A stretch of DNA of 64,000 bases from Patescibacteria group bacterium (GTDB taxonomy: Bacteria > Patescibacteriota > Microgenomatia > Levybacterales > UBA12049): NCBI GenBank assembly GCA_023473545.1, contig JAMCXO010000002.1, positions 6,340 to 70,339 on the forward strand, read 5' to 3'. The notes under the pieces were generated by a model. The model did not search any database, had not been told where the DNA came from, and saw only the letters and a list, made by a program, of their open reading frames with translations. This document shows positions 1 through 9,715 of the stretch, one piece after another; position 1 is the stretch's first letter; each line of letters opens with the position of its first letter. Made by a program: the position numbers and the translations under genes.

Positions 1-1447
1 CCGTTGTCTTGCCGCCCCGTTTAACCGCAACCACCTTTCGATAGGGGGTCTCCAGAAAGCCATAATTATTTACCCTGGCATAAAGAGCAAGATAGGTAAC
101 AAGCCCTATGTTTGGCCCCTCCGGCGAGCGGATCGGACAGATTCTGCCATACTGAGAACTGTTAATATCCCTTATGGAAAATGCCGCTCTTTCCCTTGAT
201 ATCCCGCCTGTTCCCATTACCGTCACCCTTCTTAAATTATCTATTTCGGAAAGAGGATTTGTTTGATCTATAATCGTAGAGAGCTGGGAAGTCCTAAAGA
301 ACTCATTTATCGATGCCATTATGGGACGCGCGTTAACCAAGGAGGCAACCGAAATAGGAACGTCTTGCTGCATAAGACTCATTCTTTCTTTAATACTTCT
401 TTCAAGTCTTAAAACACCAACCCTGAACGCGGTGGTTGCCACCAGCTCCCCAACGCCTCTGATTCTTCTGTTTTCAAGACTATCTATATCGTCAATAGTG
501 CCCTTACCCTCGCTTAGAAGAATCAGATAATTAATGGTTGCTATTACGTCTTCAACGCTAAGAACACGATCCTCACAGGGTTTAAAAGATGTTACATCTC
601 TTAATCTTTTATTTATCTTATATCTGCCAACCACTCCTAAATCATAACGGCGCGGGTTAAAAAATAAGCCCCTAAAACTTTCCCTTACCTTATCTAAAAC
701 TATCGGTTCTCCCGGATGCATTTTCTTAAATATCTCAATCAGGGCTTCTGTTTCGCTCGCGGTAACGTCTTTTTCCAGAGTAGCGTTTATAAACGCCATA
801 CCATCCTTGTCTAAATCCTGAAATGCCTGGGTTATGGCTTCGTTTGACGAGATCCCTATTGCCCTAAGAAACGTCGTTACCGGAAACTTTTTTCTCCGAT
901 CTATTTTTACCAAAATTGTGCCATGGCGGGTTGTAACAAACTCAAGCCATGAACCGTGAGTCGGACGCACCTCTCCCATGTAAAGCTTTTTGCCTGTAAT
1001 AGAATCCTGAAATTCTGTAAAAAACACACCCGGGGCGCGCACAAGCTGATTAACCACTGCCCTCTCCACGCCATTTATAATAAATGTTCCTCTTTCCGTC
1101 ATTTGAGGAATATCGCCTAAAAAAACCTCCGCTTTATGAGGTTTTCCGGTTTTTTTATTGGTTAAAATTGCCTTTACGTAGAGAGGGGCGTCAAATGTAA
1201 GTCCTTTTTCTATTGCTTTTTCCCAGGTCACGGAAGGCTTACCCAAGCGATAATCTTCCAAAGATAAAACCCAATTCTTTTCTGTAAAATCTTCAATTGG
1301 GGATATCTCTTTAAGAATTTCTCCTATGCCTGTCTTTTCAAACCAGATATAAGACTCCCTTTGCATAGCCAAAAGATCCAGTTTTGGCAAAAAAGAGTAT
1401 TTCCTGCCCCAATAGTGTCTAATATTGCTATTATCGTTACTAAGCAT
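1..1447 (-). CDS. rpoB: DNA-directed RNA polymerase beta subunit, N-terminal part (runs off the left edge)
   Basis: Not in the ORF track; translated by hand from ATG at 1447: MLSNDNSNIRHYWGRKYSFLPKLDLLAMQRESY...EISPIEDFT...FLGDIPQMTERGTFIINGVERAVVNQLVRAPG...YGRICPIRSPEGPNIGL. These are canonical RpoB motifs. Confidence 0.97.
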   Translation of the reverse strand, partial: MLSNDNSNIRHYWGRKYSFLPKLDLLAMQRESYIWFEKTGIGEILKEISPIEDFTEKNWVLSLEDYRLGKPSVTWEKAIEKGLTFDAPLYVKAILTNKKTGKPHKAEVFLGDIPQMTERGTFIINGVERAVVNQLVRAPGVFFTEFQDSITGKKLYMGEVRPTHGSWLEFVTTRHGTILVKIDRRKKFPVTTFLRAIGISSNEAITQAFQDLDKDGMAFINATLEKDVTASETEALIEIFKKMHPGEPIVLDKVRESFRGLFFNPRRYDLGVVGRYKINKRLRDVTSFKPCEDRVLSVEDVIATINYLILLSEGKGTIDDIDSLENRRIRGVGELVATTAFRVGVLRLERSIKERMSLMQQDVPISVASLVNARPIMASINEFFRTSQLSTIIDQTNPLSEIDNLRRVTVMGTGGISRERAAFSIRDINSSQYGRICPIRSPEGPNIGLVTYLALYARVNNYGFLETPYRKVVAVKRGGKTT

Positions 1448-1658
1448 TTGGAATAAGTTCAAAAGGACATTCGGATTATGAAGAAAATAATCCTTTTAAC
1501 AACAAAAAGATACAAGCAAAGCCCCCTTTTGTATCTTATTAAGGTTAGTTACGTATATAACATACGTTTTATACTCCTGTCAATAACCTATAGTATTGTA
1601 TGGGGTTTGAGTACTATACGAAGCTTTACTTTTAGAGAATTCGGTATTTTTCGGTTCG

Positions 1659-1667
1659 TGGTATAAT
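1659..1667 (+). promoter_or_regulatory. Extended -10 promoter (TGgTATAAT) 7 nt upstream of the alaS ATG; leaderless-type
   Basis: Sequence tggTATAATttgtagtATG, with no Shine-Dalgarno. Confidence 0.6.
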
Positions 1668-1674
1668 TTGTAGT

Positions 1675-3468
1675 ATGACCTCCTTGGAAATTTTAGAAAA
1701 ATATCTCGCATTTTTTACCAAACGGGGGCATATAAAAATCCCCAATTCCGCCCTCGTTCCGGAAAACGACCCCAGCACCCTTTTTACTTCATCGGGCATG
1801 CAGCCCTTATTGCCTTATCTTTTAGGAGAAAAGCACGGCCTGGGCAAAAGACTTATGAACGTACAAAATTGTTTTCGTGCGGTTGACATAGATTCGGTTG
1901 GAGACAATAAGCATATAACTTTTTTCCGAATGCTTGGTAACTGGAGCCTTGGTGATTACTTTAAAAAAGAGCAGATCGCTTGGATTTGGGAGTTTATCAC
2001 CAAAGAGCTAAAAATACCCAAAGACAGACTTTATATAAGCCTTTTCAAGGGCTTCGGAGACATCAAAAAAGACGAGGATTCAAAAGAGATCTGGAGCAAA
2101 ATCCTCATCGGTGAAGGCCTAGACCCAAAAGAACGAATCTTTTTTTACTCCGAGGAAAACTGGTGGTCAAGAACCAACGATCCCAATACTATGCCCGAGG
2201 GAGAACCGGGGGGGCCGGATAGCGAAGTGTTTTATCGCTTTGATGCTAAACATAATCCAAAGTTTGGCAAGACCTGCCATCCCAACTGTCCCTGCGGCCG
2301 CTTTCTGGAGATTGGCAATAGCGTTTTTATGGAGTTTAAAAAAGGCAAAAACGGATTTGAGCACCTGCCTCAGAAAAATGTTGATTTCGGCGGCGGACTG
2401 GAGCGTCTTCTTGCCGCGGTGGAAAATGAGCCGGATATTTTTCAAACAAGCCTGTTTGCGCCAATTATTCAAGTAATCGAAGAAACTACCGAAAAAAGTT
2501 ATCTTAAGCATAAAGAAAAAATGAGGATTATAACCGATCACTTAATCGCCTCAGGTTTTATCATCATAAACAACATAAAACCGTCCAATAAGGAACAGGG
2601 ATATATCTTAAGAAGGCTTATCCGCCGATCCCTCGATAACTTTTACCTCCTGAACGGGAAAAACATAGCGCCAATTCTTAAATCAATTGCAAAGGAATAC
2701 GGCAAAAGCGATCAGCCCTTAATAGAAAGGTTCGAGGAGATTAAAGATACCATCTTGGAAGAAGAACAAAAATACAATATAGCTCTCACCGGTGCTAAAA
2801 AATTCATTATCAAAAAATATAAAAAAACAGGCGATGAGTTAATGGGAGCTGTTCGGATTTTGGCAGAAGATGCCTTTCTGCTCTACTCAACCCACGGTTT
2901 ATCCCCCAGCCAAATCAAAAGCCTGGGATACACGTTTGACGAAAAAGCCTTTGCCGAAAAAATGAAAGGCCATCAAAAGTTATCAAAAAAAAATGTCCAT
3001 GAGAGGTTCCGCGGCGGATTAAAAGACCACCAGGAAAAAACAATCATGGGACATACCGCAACCCATCTCCTGCATCAGGCATTAAGAGAGGTTCTGGGCA
3101 ATCATGTCTATCAAACAGGAAGTAACATAACAACGGATCGCGTAAGGTTTGACTTTAACTACGAAAATAAATTAAGCGATAGCCAACTCACGCAGGCGGA
3201 AACTATAGTCAATAAAAAAATTAGCGAAAACCTGCCGGTGCACTTTGAAATGCTGCCTATTGATAAAGCCAGAAAGAAAGGCGCAATAGGACTTTTTGAC
3301 GCAAAATACAAAGATAAAGTTAAGGTTTATTTTATAGGAACCTATTCGATCGAATTCTGCGGAGGGCCGCATGTAGATTTTACAGGAAGATTAAAAAGCT
3401 TTAAGATAATAAAACAGGAAAGTATTGGGAATAAACAAAGAAGGATATATGCCAAAGTAAACAATTAA
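1675..3468 (+). CDS. alaS: Alanine--tRNA ligase (short form, lacks the C-Ala domain)
   Basis: DPSTLFTSSGMQP, HITFFRMLGNWS, GYILRRLIRR, editing motifs HTATHLLH and EFCGGPHV; 597 aa. Confidence 0.97.
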   Translation: MTSLEILEKYLAFFTKRGHIKIPNSALVPENDPSTLFTSSGMQPLLPYLLGEKHGLGKRLMNVQNCFRAVDIDSVGDNKHITFFRMLGNWSLGDYFKKEQIAWIWEFITKELKIPKDRLYISLFKGFGDIKKDEDSKEIWSKILIGEGLDPKERIFFYSEENWWSRTNDPNTMPEGEPGGPDSEVFYRFDAKHNPKFGKTCHPNCPCGRFLEIGNSVFMEFKKGKNGFEHLPQKNVDFGGGLERLLAAVENEPDIFQTSLFAPIIQVIEETTEKSYLKHKEKMRIITDHLIASGFIIINNIKPSNKEQGYILRRLIRRSLDNFYLLNGKNIAPILKSIAKEYGKSDQPLIERFEEIKDTILEEEQKYNIALTGAKKFIIKKYKKTGDELMGAVRILAEDAFLLYSTHGLSPSQIKSLGYTFDEKAFAEKMKGHQKLSKKNVHERFRGGLKDHQEKTIMGHTATHLLHQALREVLGNHVYQTGSNITTDRVRFDFNYENKLSDSQLTQAETIVNKKISENLPVHFEMLPIDKARKKGAIGLFDAKYKDKVKVYFIGTYSIEFCGGPHVDFTGRLKSFKIIKQESIGNKQRRIYAKVNN

Positions 3469-3471
3469 TTT

Positions 3472-5706
3472 ATGAAACTGCCTTTTTCTTTTTCCCTGCA
3501 AAAAAAGGAAAACCCTGAATACTTCTTGGCCTTGCTCCTAAGAGAGGAAAAGGCCGAAGCGGTAATTTTTGAACAGTTTCACGGAAAGGTTAAGGTAATC
3601 GGCGAAAACGAAGAATACTTTAACGAATCTATAGAGAAAGCCTCTGATGAAATGTGGCTTGATACCCTGGATAAAATAATCTCTAAAGCCGAAGAAGCGC
3701 TTCCTGCCAATATCCAAACCCAAAAAACAATCTTTGGATTAAAAGAAAGCTGGGTTCTTAAAACACATATAAAAAGAGAGTATCTGGAGAGGATAAAAAA
3801 AATAAGCAAGGAGCTTAATTTAATTCCGATAGGATTTATCGTCATTGCCGAAGCGGTAGCGCATCTTTTGGAAAAAAAGGAAGGTGTTCCTATCTCTGCC
3901 ATATTGGCAGAGCTTGATAAAAAAAATATTACCCTATCCTTAATCCGCGCGGGAAAAATTGTTCATACCCAAAGCTCGGTAATAGAAGAATCTATCGTAA
4001 AAACTACGGATAAATTGCTTCATTTTTTTACCGACTACGGAATTCTTCCGTCCCGAATAATTCTTTTAGACGCGGAAGAAGATAATCTAAACCAAGAATT
4101 TATCTCCCACCCATGGAGCAAAAGCCTTCCTTTTCTGCATTTCCCTCAAATCGAAACACTGCCCGGAGGTTTTGATGCCCAGGCTGTTTTGTCGGGCGCG
4201 GTAAGTCAGATGGGATTTGAGTTACTGGGTGAAACCCCGGACAGAAAACCGCTCAGACAAACCCAGACACAGGAAGAGGCGGCGGGAGAGGGAGTGCCTC
4301 AGGCAGACAAAGGGAACGGAGAAAGCCTTTTGGAAAAAGACAGTGAAGATCTAGGATTTATCAAAGAGGGAGACATTGCCCAAATAAATCTGGACAGAAG
4401 TAATATATCGAATATATCGGAAGAGGCGGAAGAAAAAGCTATCGGAAAAGAGCTTCCCGAAACTAAGGCAGTAATAAATAGATTATCCGTCAAAAGACTT
4501 CTAACATTCTCAAATGCAATCTTTATCTCTTTAAAAGGTATTCTTGCCAAAATGCATCTGCCTTCTCTGCCCGCGTTTAGAAAGAACAAGCTGTTCATTC
4601 TACCCCTTGTCTTTGCTTTAATGATAGCTATTTTTGTTTTGTATCTTCTAAAAGCCTCCGCCAAGGTAATTTTATTTGTAAATCCAAACTCTTTGGAGAA
4701 AACGCAAAATATTACCTTTTCTCCCAATGCCGGTACGGATTTTTCTAAAGATATTATACACGCCAGCCCCATATCCGTATCCGAAACAGGCAGCGTCTCA
4801 ACCAACTCAACCGGCACAAAAGAGATTGGCAATAAGGCAAAGGGGAGTATAACAATTGTTAGTCTCTTGCCAAATCAACAAACATTTGAACAAGGCACAA
4901 GTGTAAAATCATCAAACGGACTGGAATTTACGACAGATTCAAGCATAACAGTGGCATCCAGTTCGGGTGCAACGGATCCTCAAACTCAGAAAGTAAACGT
5001 TACCGCAAAGGATATAGGAAAAAAATATAATTTGCCCTCTGGAACAAAATTCACCATCGGTTCATTCGATAGCTCATCTGCTCAGGGAGAAAATGATACG
5101 CCCTTTTCCGGAGGATCAAAAAAAGAGATAACCGTTGTGTCCAAGAATGATTATGACAAACTACTTGCTGAATTGCCTAAAAGCCTAGAGGACAAGGCAA
5201 AAAAAGACATCGCCCAAAAAGTCTCCCCGGATATGGGAATCATTCCCCTTCTAACCGGCGAAACCGTAACCGCCAAATACTTTGATAAAAATATAGGGGA
5301 TCAGACAGCCCAGGTAACCCTTAAAGCAACGGTTTCCTATCAAAGTCTCTCCTATAAAAAAAGTGACTTAAACACTTTCTCCTTACACCTTTTCCAAAAC
5401 CGTGCCCAAAGCGAAACAGTTACGGCAAGCGGTGTAAGCCTGTCTTTAAAAGATATTAAAGAGAATAGCGATAAAACAGTAAGCGCCAATCTTAAAGCAA
5501 CGGCTTCTCTTTTACCAAAGATAAATAACCGGCAATTAATAGAACAAATAAAAGGCAAACCAATCCAGGACGCGACAAGAATATTATCAAAACTGCCTCA
5601 GGTAAGGGATGTTTCCGTAAAGCTTTCTCCTGCCTTACCCTTGCTGCCCGGTCTTCTCCCAAGAATGGGGAGAAACATAATCATAATCATAAAAAACAAT
5701 GAGTAA
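3472..5706 (+). CDS. Bitopic membrane protein: cytoplasmic N-domain (possibly FtsA/PilM-like), acidic linker, one TM helix, extracellular baseplate-J-like beta-rich domain
   Basis: TM segment LFILPLVFALMIAIFVLYL; C-region with KAKGSITI, GLEFTT, VTAKDIGKKYN and FSGG motifs resembles baseplate J/gp47-like domains. Confidence 0.55.
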   Translation: MKLPFSFSLQKKENPEYFLALLLREEKAEAVIFEQFHGKVKVIGENEEYFNESIEKASDEMWLDTLDKIISKAEEALPANIQTQKTIFGLKESWVLKTHIKREYLERIKKISKELNLIPIGFIVIAEAVAHLLEKKEGVPISAILAELDKKNITLSLIRAGKIVHTQSSVIEESIVKTTDKLLHFFTDYGILPSRIILLDAEEDNLNQEFISHPWSKSLPFLHFPQIETLPGGFDAQAVLSGAVSQMGFELLGETPDRKPLRQTQTQEEAAGEGVPQADKGNGESLLEKDSEDLGFIKEGDIAQINLDRSNISNISEEAEEKAIGKELPETKAVINRLSVKRLLTFSNAIFISLKGILAKMHLPSLPAFRKNKLFILPLVFALMIAIFVLYLLKASAKVILFVNPNSLEKTQNITFSPNAGTDFSKDIIHASPISVSETGSVSTNSTGTKEIGNKAKGSITIVSLLPNQQTFEQGTSVKSSNGLEFTTDSSITVASSSGATDPQTQKVNVTAKDIGKKYNLPSGTKFTIGSFDSSSAQGENDTPFSGGSKKEITVVSKNDYDKLLAELPKSLEDKAKKDIAQKVSPDMGIIPLLTGETVTAKYFDKNIGDQTAQVTLKATVSYQSLSYKKSDLNTFSLHLFQNRAQSETVTASGVSLSLKDIKENSDKTVSANLKATASLLPKINNRQLIEQIKGKPIQDATRILSKLPQVRDVSVKLSPALPLLPGLLPRMGRNIIIIIKNNE

Positions 5707-6427
5707 GTATTACTACAAAAAAACAAAACACGCTAACCAATTAGCAAAAATCACCAGCCTGCTTATTTTTATAACCGGGATCGTTATCGTTTTCTATGTC
5801 TTTTTTCCCATAATATCCTGGCAGATATATTTTGCTCCTGTTTTCGCCTCGAATGACATTATCGTCCCTATTCCAAAGACGAGTATTGTAACACCTAATA
5901 ATATCGGCAGTCTTATTATGTCGCAAGTATCAAATATTGCGGGCACCAATTACAGCAACGCCCAGAACTGGTTTCCGAATTTAAAAATCGAGAACCAAAA
6001 AGCGGTAGAAAACATACCTTCATTTACCCTTTCAGTTCCGAAACTAAATATTAAAGACGCGGTTGTTTCAACCAGGGATTACGACCTTGATAAGCACTTG
6101 GTTGACTACGGCGGAACCGCTATTCCGCCAAATGCAGGCAACGCTGTTATCTTTGGACATTCCACTTTGCCTCAGCTATTTAATCCCAAAAATTACAGGG
6201 CCATATTCGCTACTGCCTATAAACTAAATATTGGAGATAAGATATTTGTAAAAGCGGCAGGCATTACCTACAAATACGTAATAGACAATATAACAGTTGT
6301 AAATCCAACAGACACCTCTATCTTTAATCAAAACGTTAACGGGAGTTTCATAACCCTTGTAACCTGCACGCCTCCAGGCACAACCTGGAAGCGGCTGGTA
6401 ATTAAGGCTCAACTTAAAAAAATATGA
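5699..6427 (+). CDS. Sortase
   Basis: N-terminal TM anchor, GNAVIFGHS (His), ITLVTCTP (TLxTC Cys) and the downstream Arg in KRLVI. Confidence 0.92.
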   Translation: MSKYYYKKTKHANQLAKITSLLIFITGIVIVFYVFFPIISWQIYFAPVFASNDIIVPIPKTSIVTPNNIGSLIMSQVSNIAGTNYSNAQNWFPNLKIENQKAVENIPSFTLSVPKLNIKDAVVSTRDYDLDKHLVDYGGTAIPPNAGNAVIFGHSTLPQLFNPKNYRAIFATAYKLNIGDKIFVKAAGITYKYVIDNITVVNPTDTSIFNQNVNGSFITLVTCTPPGTTWKRLVIKAQLKKI

Positions 6428-6525
6428 ATATCAAAAGAACTATCTCCTCTATTTTCTTTTTGTTTCTATCTATAGTAAAATATATTGTGACCCAGGCCAT
6501 TAGACAAATAAAAAATGATATTTAA

Positions 6526-7485
6526 ATGAAAAAGTTAATCACGGCTTTAGTATTTTGTCTCGTTATCTTCTCCGCTGTTTTCTTATGGTGGACGAATGGA
6601 AATTCTGCGGTAAATACCAACGATAAAACAACCTCTATTTTCGTAATTAAAAAAGGGGAAGGAACACGGGAAATCGCCAACTCGCTTAGCAACAAAGGTA
6701 TTATTAAGGATCCTGTGATATTTTTTCTGCTTATCAAAAAATTAGGACTTGGCAGCAAAATAGAAGCTGGGGACTTTAGATTATCTCCCTCTATGACGCC
6801 TGTTGAGATAGCCGGAACACTAACCCATGGCACTCTTGATATATGGGTTACCATACCGGAAGGAAAGAGGGCAGAGGAGATAGCTGACATTTTAAAACAA
6901 AATATACCAACCTATAAAAAAAGCTGGAACGCTATCCTGGAACAGAACGAAGGATACCTTTTTCCAGATACCTATCTTATCCCCAAAAGCGCCGATATTA
7001 ACCTTATAGTCTCTATGATGAGGAATAATTTTGATAAAAAATACAACAGTATAAAATACCTTAAGACCACTAACCTTTCGGAAAGACAAACGGTAATTTT
7101 AGCATCAATCATAGAAAGGGAGGCCAAGTTTGCCAAAGACAAACCCCTTGTCGCCTCTGTTCTAATGAATAGACTAAAAAATTCAATGGCGCTTGATGTT
7201 GACGCTACAATCCAATACGCCCTAGGCTATCAGGAAAACGGAAAAACATGGTGGAAACAAAATCTTACCAAAGAAGATCTTGCTATTAATTCTTTATATA
7301 ACTCCTACACCAATATCGGTCTTCCGCCGACACCAATATCAAATCCCGGCATTTACTCGCTTAAGGCAGCCCTCGATCCTGCCAAAACGGATTATCTCTA
7401 CTATATCTCGGACAAAAAAGGAAATCTCCATTTTGAAAAAACGCTTAAAAAGCACAACGAAGATATTGTAAAATATGGAATTTAA
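6526..7485 (+). CDS. mltG: Endolytic transglycosylase MltG (YceG family)
   Basis: VTIPEG, EGYLFPDTY, ILASIIEREA, YNSYTNIGLPPTPISNPG. Confidence 0.95.
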   Translation: MKKLITALVFCLVIFSAVFLWWTNGNSAVNTNDKTTSIFVIKKGEGTREIANSLSNKGIIKDPVIFFLLIKKLGLGSKIEAGDFRLSPSMTPVEIAGTLTHGTLDIWVTIPEGKRAEEIADILKQNIPTYKKSWNAILEQNEGYLFPDTYLIPKSADINLIVSMMRNNFDKKYNSIKYLKTTNLSERQTVILASIIEREAKFAKDKPLVASVLMNRLKNSMALDVDATIQYALGYQENGKTWWKQNLTKEDLAINSLYNSYTNIGLPPTPISNPGIYSLKAALDPAKTDYLYYISDKKGNLHFEKTLKKHNEDIVKYGI

Positions 7486-7509
7486 TTCCCCAATGCCCGT
7501 TTTTTCCAA

Positions 7510-7659
7510 TCAGAGATAAACATGAAGTTTCTTCTGAAGCTCCATGAACTCGTAGAGTCTGCCTGATAGAAAAATATATTTCCTCTCCTGGTATAATTCT
7601 GGTTTTACCATCCTTCGGCTTAAAATATTTTTCTTTATTTTTTTAAGGCAAGCTGTCAT
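7510..7659 (-). CDS. Possible 49-aa small protein, divergent from the Crp/Fnr gene
   Basis: Manual translation MTACLKKIKKNILSRRMVKPELYQERKYIFLSGRLYEFMELQKKLHVYL*; fills an otherwise empty gap; no recognisable motif. Confidence 0.3.
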   Translation of the reverse strand: MTACLKKIKKNILSRRMVKPELYQERKYIFLSGRLYEFMELQKKLHVYL

Positions 7660-7710
7660 AAAAATAGAATTAATTGCGTATTAGTTTAAACTAATTATCC
7701 TCTTTTGTCA

Positions 7711-7747
7711 GTAATAATAATTGCCGAAAAAGTGCAATAAAAATTAC
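7711..7747. promoter_or_regulatory. Two candidate Crp/Fnr-type boxes: GTAAT-N4-ATTGC (7711-7724) and GCAAT-N4-ATTAC (7734-7747)
   Basis: Two near-palindromic 14-mers, 23 bp apart, just upstream of the TTGATT-N18-TATAAT promoter of the Crp/Fnr gene. Confidence 0.45.
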
Positions 7748-7800
7748 AAAATATAGTTTATTGATTAACCCTGCTTTTTTCCTGTATAATCCTTTAGAGA

Positions 7801-8448
7801 ATGGGTTTTGACCCCTTGTTCGCCAAAAGTCGCTCAATTATCTACCAAAGACACGAGGTAATCCTTCGTCCCGAGGATATCCCCGGCGGGGTTTATTATT
7901 TAAAAAAGGGTTTTATAGAACTTTACGCCCTTTCCGAAGCCGGAGAAAAGCTAACCTTGATCATTTTTAAACCCGGTGATGTTTTTCCGCTTGCCTGGGC
8001 AGTAGGAGATATCCCAAATAGATATTATCTTTCCGCTATGACAGGCATTGAGCTTAAGAGATGTTCCAAAAATGATTTTTTGGCATTTATCAAAAATGAG
8101 CCGGCCGTGCTTTACGAGCTACTAAACCACGTTTCAGTCAGACTGCATGGACTTTTAGAAAGAACAGAGTACTTGGTTTTTGGTTCATCATACGATAAGG
8201 TTGCCTCTATTCTTCTTATCTGCGCCATGCGTTTTGGCAAAAAAGAAAACGGCAATATCATTATCCAGGTTCCTCTTACCCACAAAGACGTGGCAGAGCT
8301 GGTGGGATTAACGCGGGAAACAACCAGCCTCAAGATAAAAAAGTTGGAAAAGGAGGGTTTGATCGCCCGCCGGGGGAAATTTATCATCGTTAAGAATATG
8401 AAAAAACTTAAAAAGGCTACCTCTCTTGAGGATGTCAATATTTTCTGA
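7801..8448 (+). CDS. Crp/Fnr family transcriptional regulator
   Basis: cNMP-binding fold (VYYLKKGFIELY...PGDVF) plus C-terminal HTH PLTHKDVAELVGLTRETTS. Confidence 0.93.
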   Translation: MGFDPLFAKSRSIIYQRHEVILRPEDIPGGVYYLKKGFIELYALSEAGEKLTLIIFKPGDVFPLAWAVGDIPNRYYLSAMTGIELKRCSKNDFLAFIKNEPAVLYELLNHVSVRLHGLLERTEYLVFGSSYDKVASILLICAMRFGKKENGNIIIQVPLTHKDVAELVGLTRETTSLKIKKLEKEGLIARRGKFIIVKNMKKLKKATSLEDVNIF

Positions 8449-8473
8449 GGCTAAACCTTAAAACTACAAACGA

Positions 8474-8767
8474 TCAAGGGGCCTTCCTTCTAAAAAAACG
8501 TCTCGTATTGTTTTTAAGGGCATGGCTTTCTGTTTGAGGTTCTTCAGTTTTTGCTTCGGGCTCTTCTTCTTTTTGGTAATTCTCTTCCTCGCTTAGATTA
8601 TCTATCATATCTCCCAATTGCGAAACCCCTTCAAGTCCTTCTTGGGTAAGAACCTCAAGAAGTTTTTTGCCCTTTTTTGTTCCCACCAAAAAAACAACCC
8701 CCGCTCCAAGTAAGGCACCCCATAGGAAACCGTTAAAGAATGTATTGCCCTTTTGATTATTGTCCAT
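8474..8767 (-). CDS. YtxH-like membrane-anchored protein
   Basis: FFNGFLWGALLGAGVVFLVGTKKGKK N-terminal motif typical of YtxH. Confidence 0.65.
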   Translation of the reverse strand: MDNNQKGNTFFNGFLWGALLGAGVVFLVGTKKGKKLLEVLTQEGLEGVSQLGDMIDNLSEEENYQKEEEPEAKTEEPQTESHALKNNTRRFFRRKAP

Positions 8768-9029
8768 CTTCGTCTCTCTTATTCTTTTTGCTTAAGATCT
8801 TTGCCAGGGCGGATCCCACTTTAACCCCTGTTACAAGGTTGGAAAGGTTTGAGATCGGACCCGAAACGCTTTGGGTAATAGTACCCGTATCGTCCAAAAC
8901 CTTATTTGCTTTAGAAACTGTCCGGCGAAGCTCTCGAAGAATAAAAAATACCTGTACGCCTAACACCAGCAAAAGAAGGGTGAGAAGAAGTACCACAAAA
9001 AGAAGCGCTATTTGGGCAGTATTAATCAT
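8757..9029 (-). CDS. DUF948/YoxC-like small membrane protein
   Basis: N-terminal TM helix followed by coiled coil; adjacent to the YtxH-like gene, as in the ytxG/ytxH pair. Confidence 0.55.
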   Translation of the reverse strand: MINTAQIALLFVVLLLTLLLLVLGVQVFFILRELRRTVSKANKVLDDTGTITQSVSGPISNLSNLVTGVKVGSALAKILSKKNKRDEDGQ

Positions 9030-9076
9030 AACTCTAGCGTACCATCAAGAAATTTTCCTGTCAACACCCCAAGCAG

Positions 9077-9706
9077 TCAACCCTTAACCCGCAGATGATA
9101 ATAGTTCTCCGTTTTTTTGCCAAAATGATTTTCCGAAACAATGTCTATTGTCTCATTGCCGGGAAAGGCTCTTATTTCCTTTTGAAATGTACCGTCTTGC
9201 CCAACCGGAACCGGTCTGCCGTTAATAAAAAGGCTGGCATTGGGATCTGTTTTGCCTTTAACAATAATTGATTTACCGATAACCTGGCCTTCTTTAGGAG
9301 AATAAACATCAAGGTAGGGCCCGATAACAAATGCCCTATATTGAAAAAGGACATAGCCTATTACAGCCAATACAAAAACAAAGACCACGGAGGATGAACT
9401 GATTCTAAAACTATTGGTTGTTATTTCATTTTTTCCGGAAACCCCCTCCGGCATAACCTCAAGAGATTCTTTTTCGTTAAACTCCCTCTTAAAAATTGCC
9501 AGAATATCTTTATATGGCAGGCCGAGAAACTGGGCGTAATTCTTTAGAAAGCCTTTTATATATGCGCTCGAAGGCAATTTTTTATAATTTCCCTCCTCAA
9601 TCGCTAAAAGAAACGAAGGTTTAATCTTTGTGGCCTGGGAAATTTCATCAAGATTAAGCCCTCTTTTTATACGTTCATTGCGCAGTCTTTGCCCTACCTT
9701 TATCAT
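9077..9706 (-). CDS. RodZ-like HTH membrane protein with C-terminal Ig-like domain
   Basis: GQRLRNERIKRGLNLDEIS...LLAIEEGNYKKLP..AYIKGFLKNYA (HTH_25), then TM and Ig-like tail; follows ftsK. Confidence 0.8.
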   Translation of the reverse strand: MIKVGQRLRNERIKRGLNLDEISQATKIKPSFLLAIEEGNYKKLPSSAYIKGFLKNYAQFLGLPYKDILAIFKREFNEKESLEVMPEGVSGKNEITTNSFRISSSSVVFVFVLAVIGYVLFQYRAFVIGPYLDVYSPKEGQVIGKSIIVKGKTDPNASLFINGRPVPVGQDGTFQKEIRAFPGNETIDIVSENHFGKKTENYYHLRVKG

Positions 9707-9715
9707 AAATCTATT

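Noticed and set aside
1478-1666. 62-aa ORF between rpoB and alaS
   Set aside because: Covers the divergent promoter region; no recognisable protein features.
1675-3468. alaS (and likewise infB) as truncated pseudogenes
   Set aside because: Catalytic motifs are intact and the ends are clean; short forms fit genome streamlining.
3472-5706. Prophage suggested by the baseplate-like domain
   Set aside because: No terminase, capsid, tail or integrase nearby; the gene is membrane-anchored among core genes.
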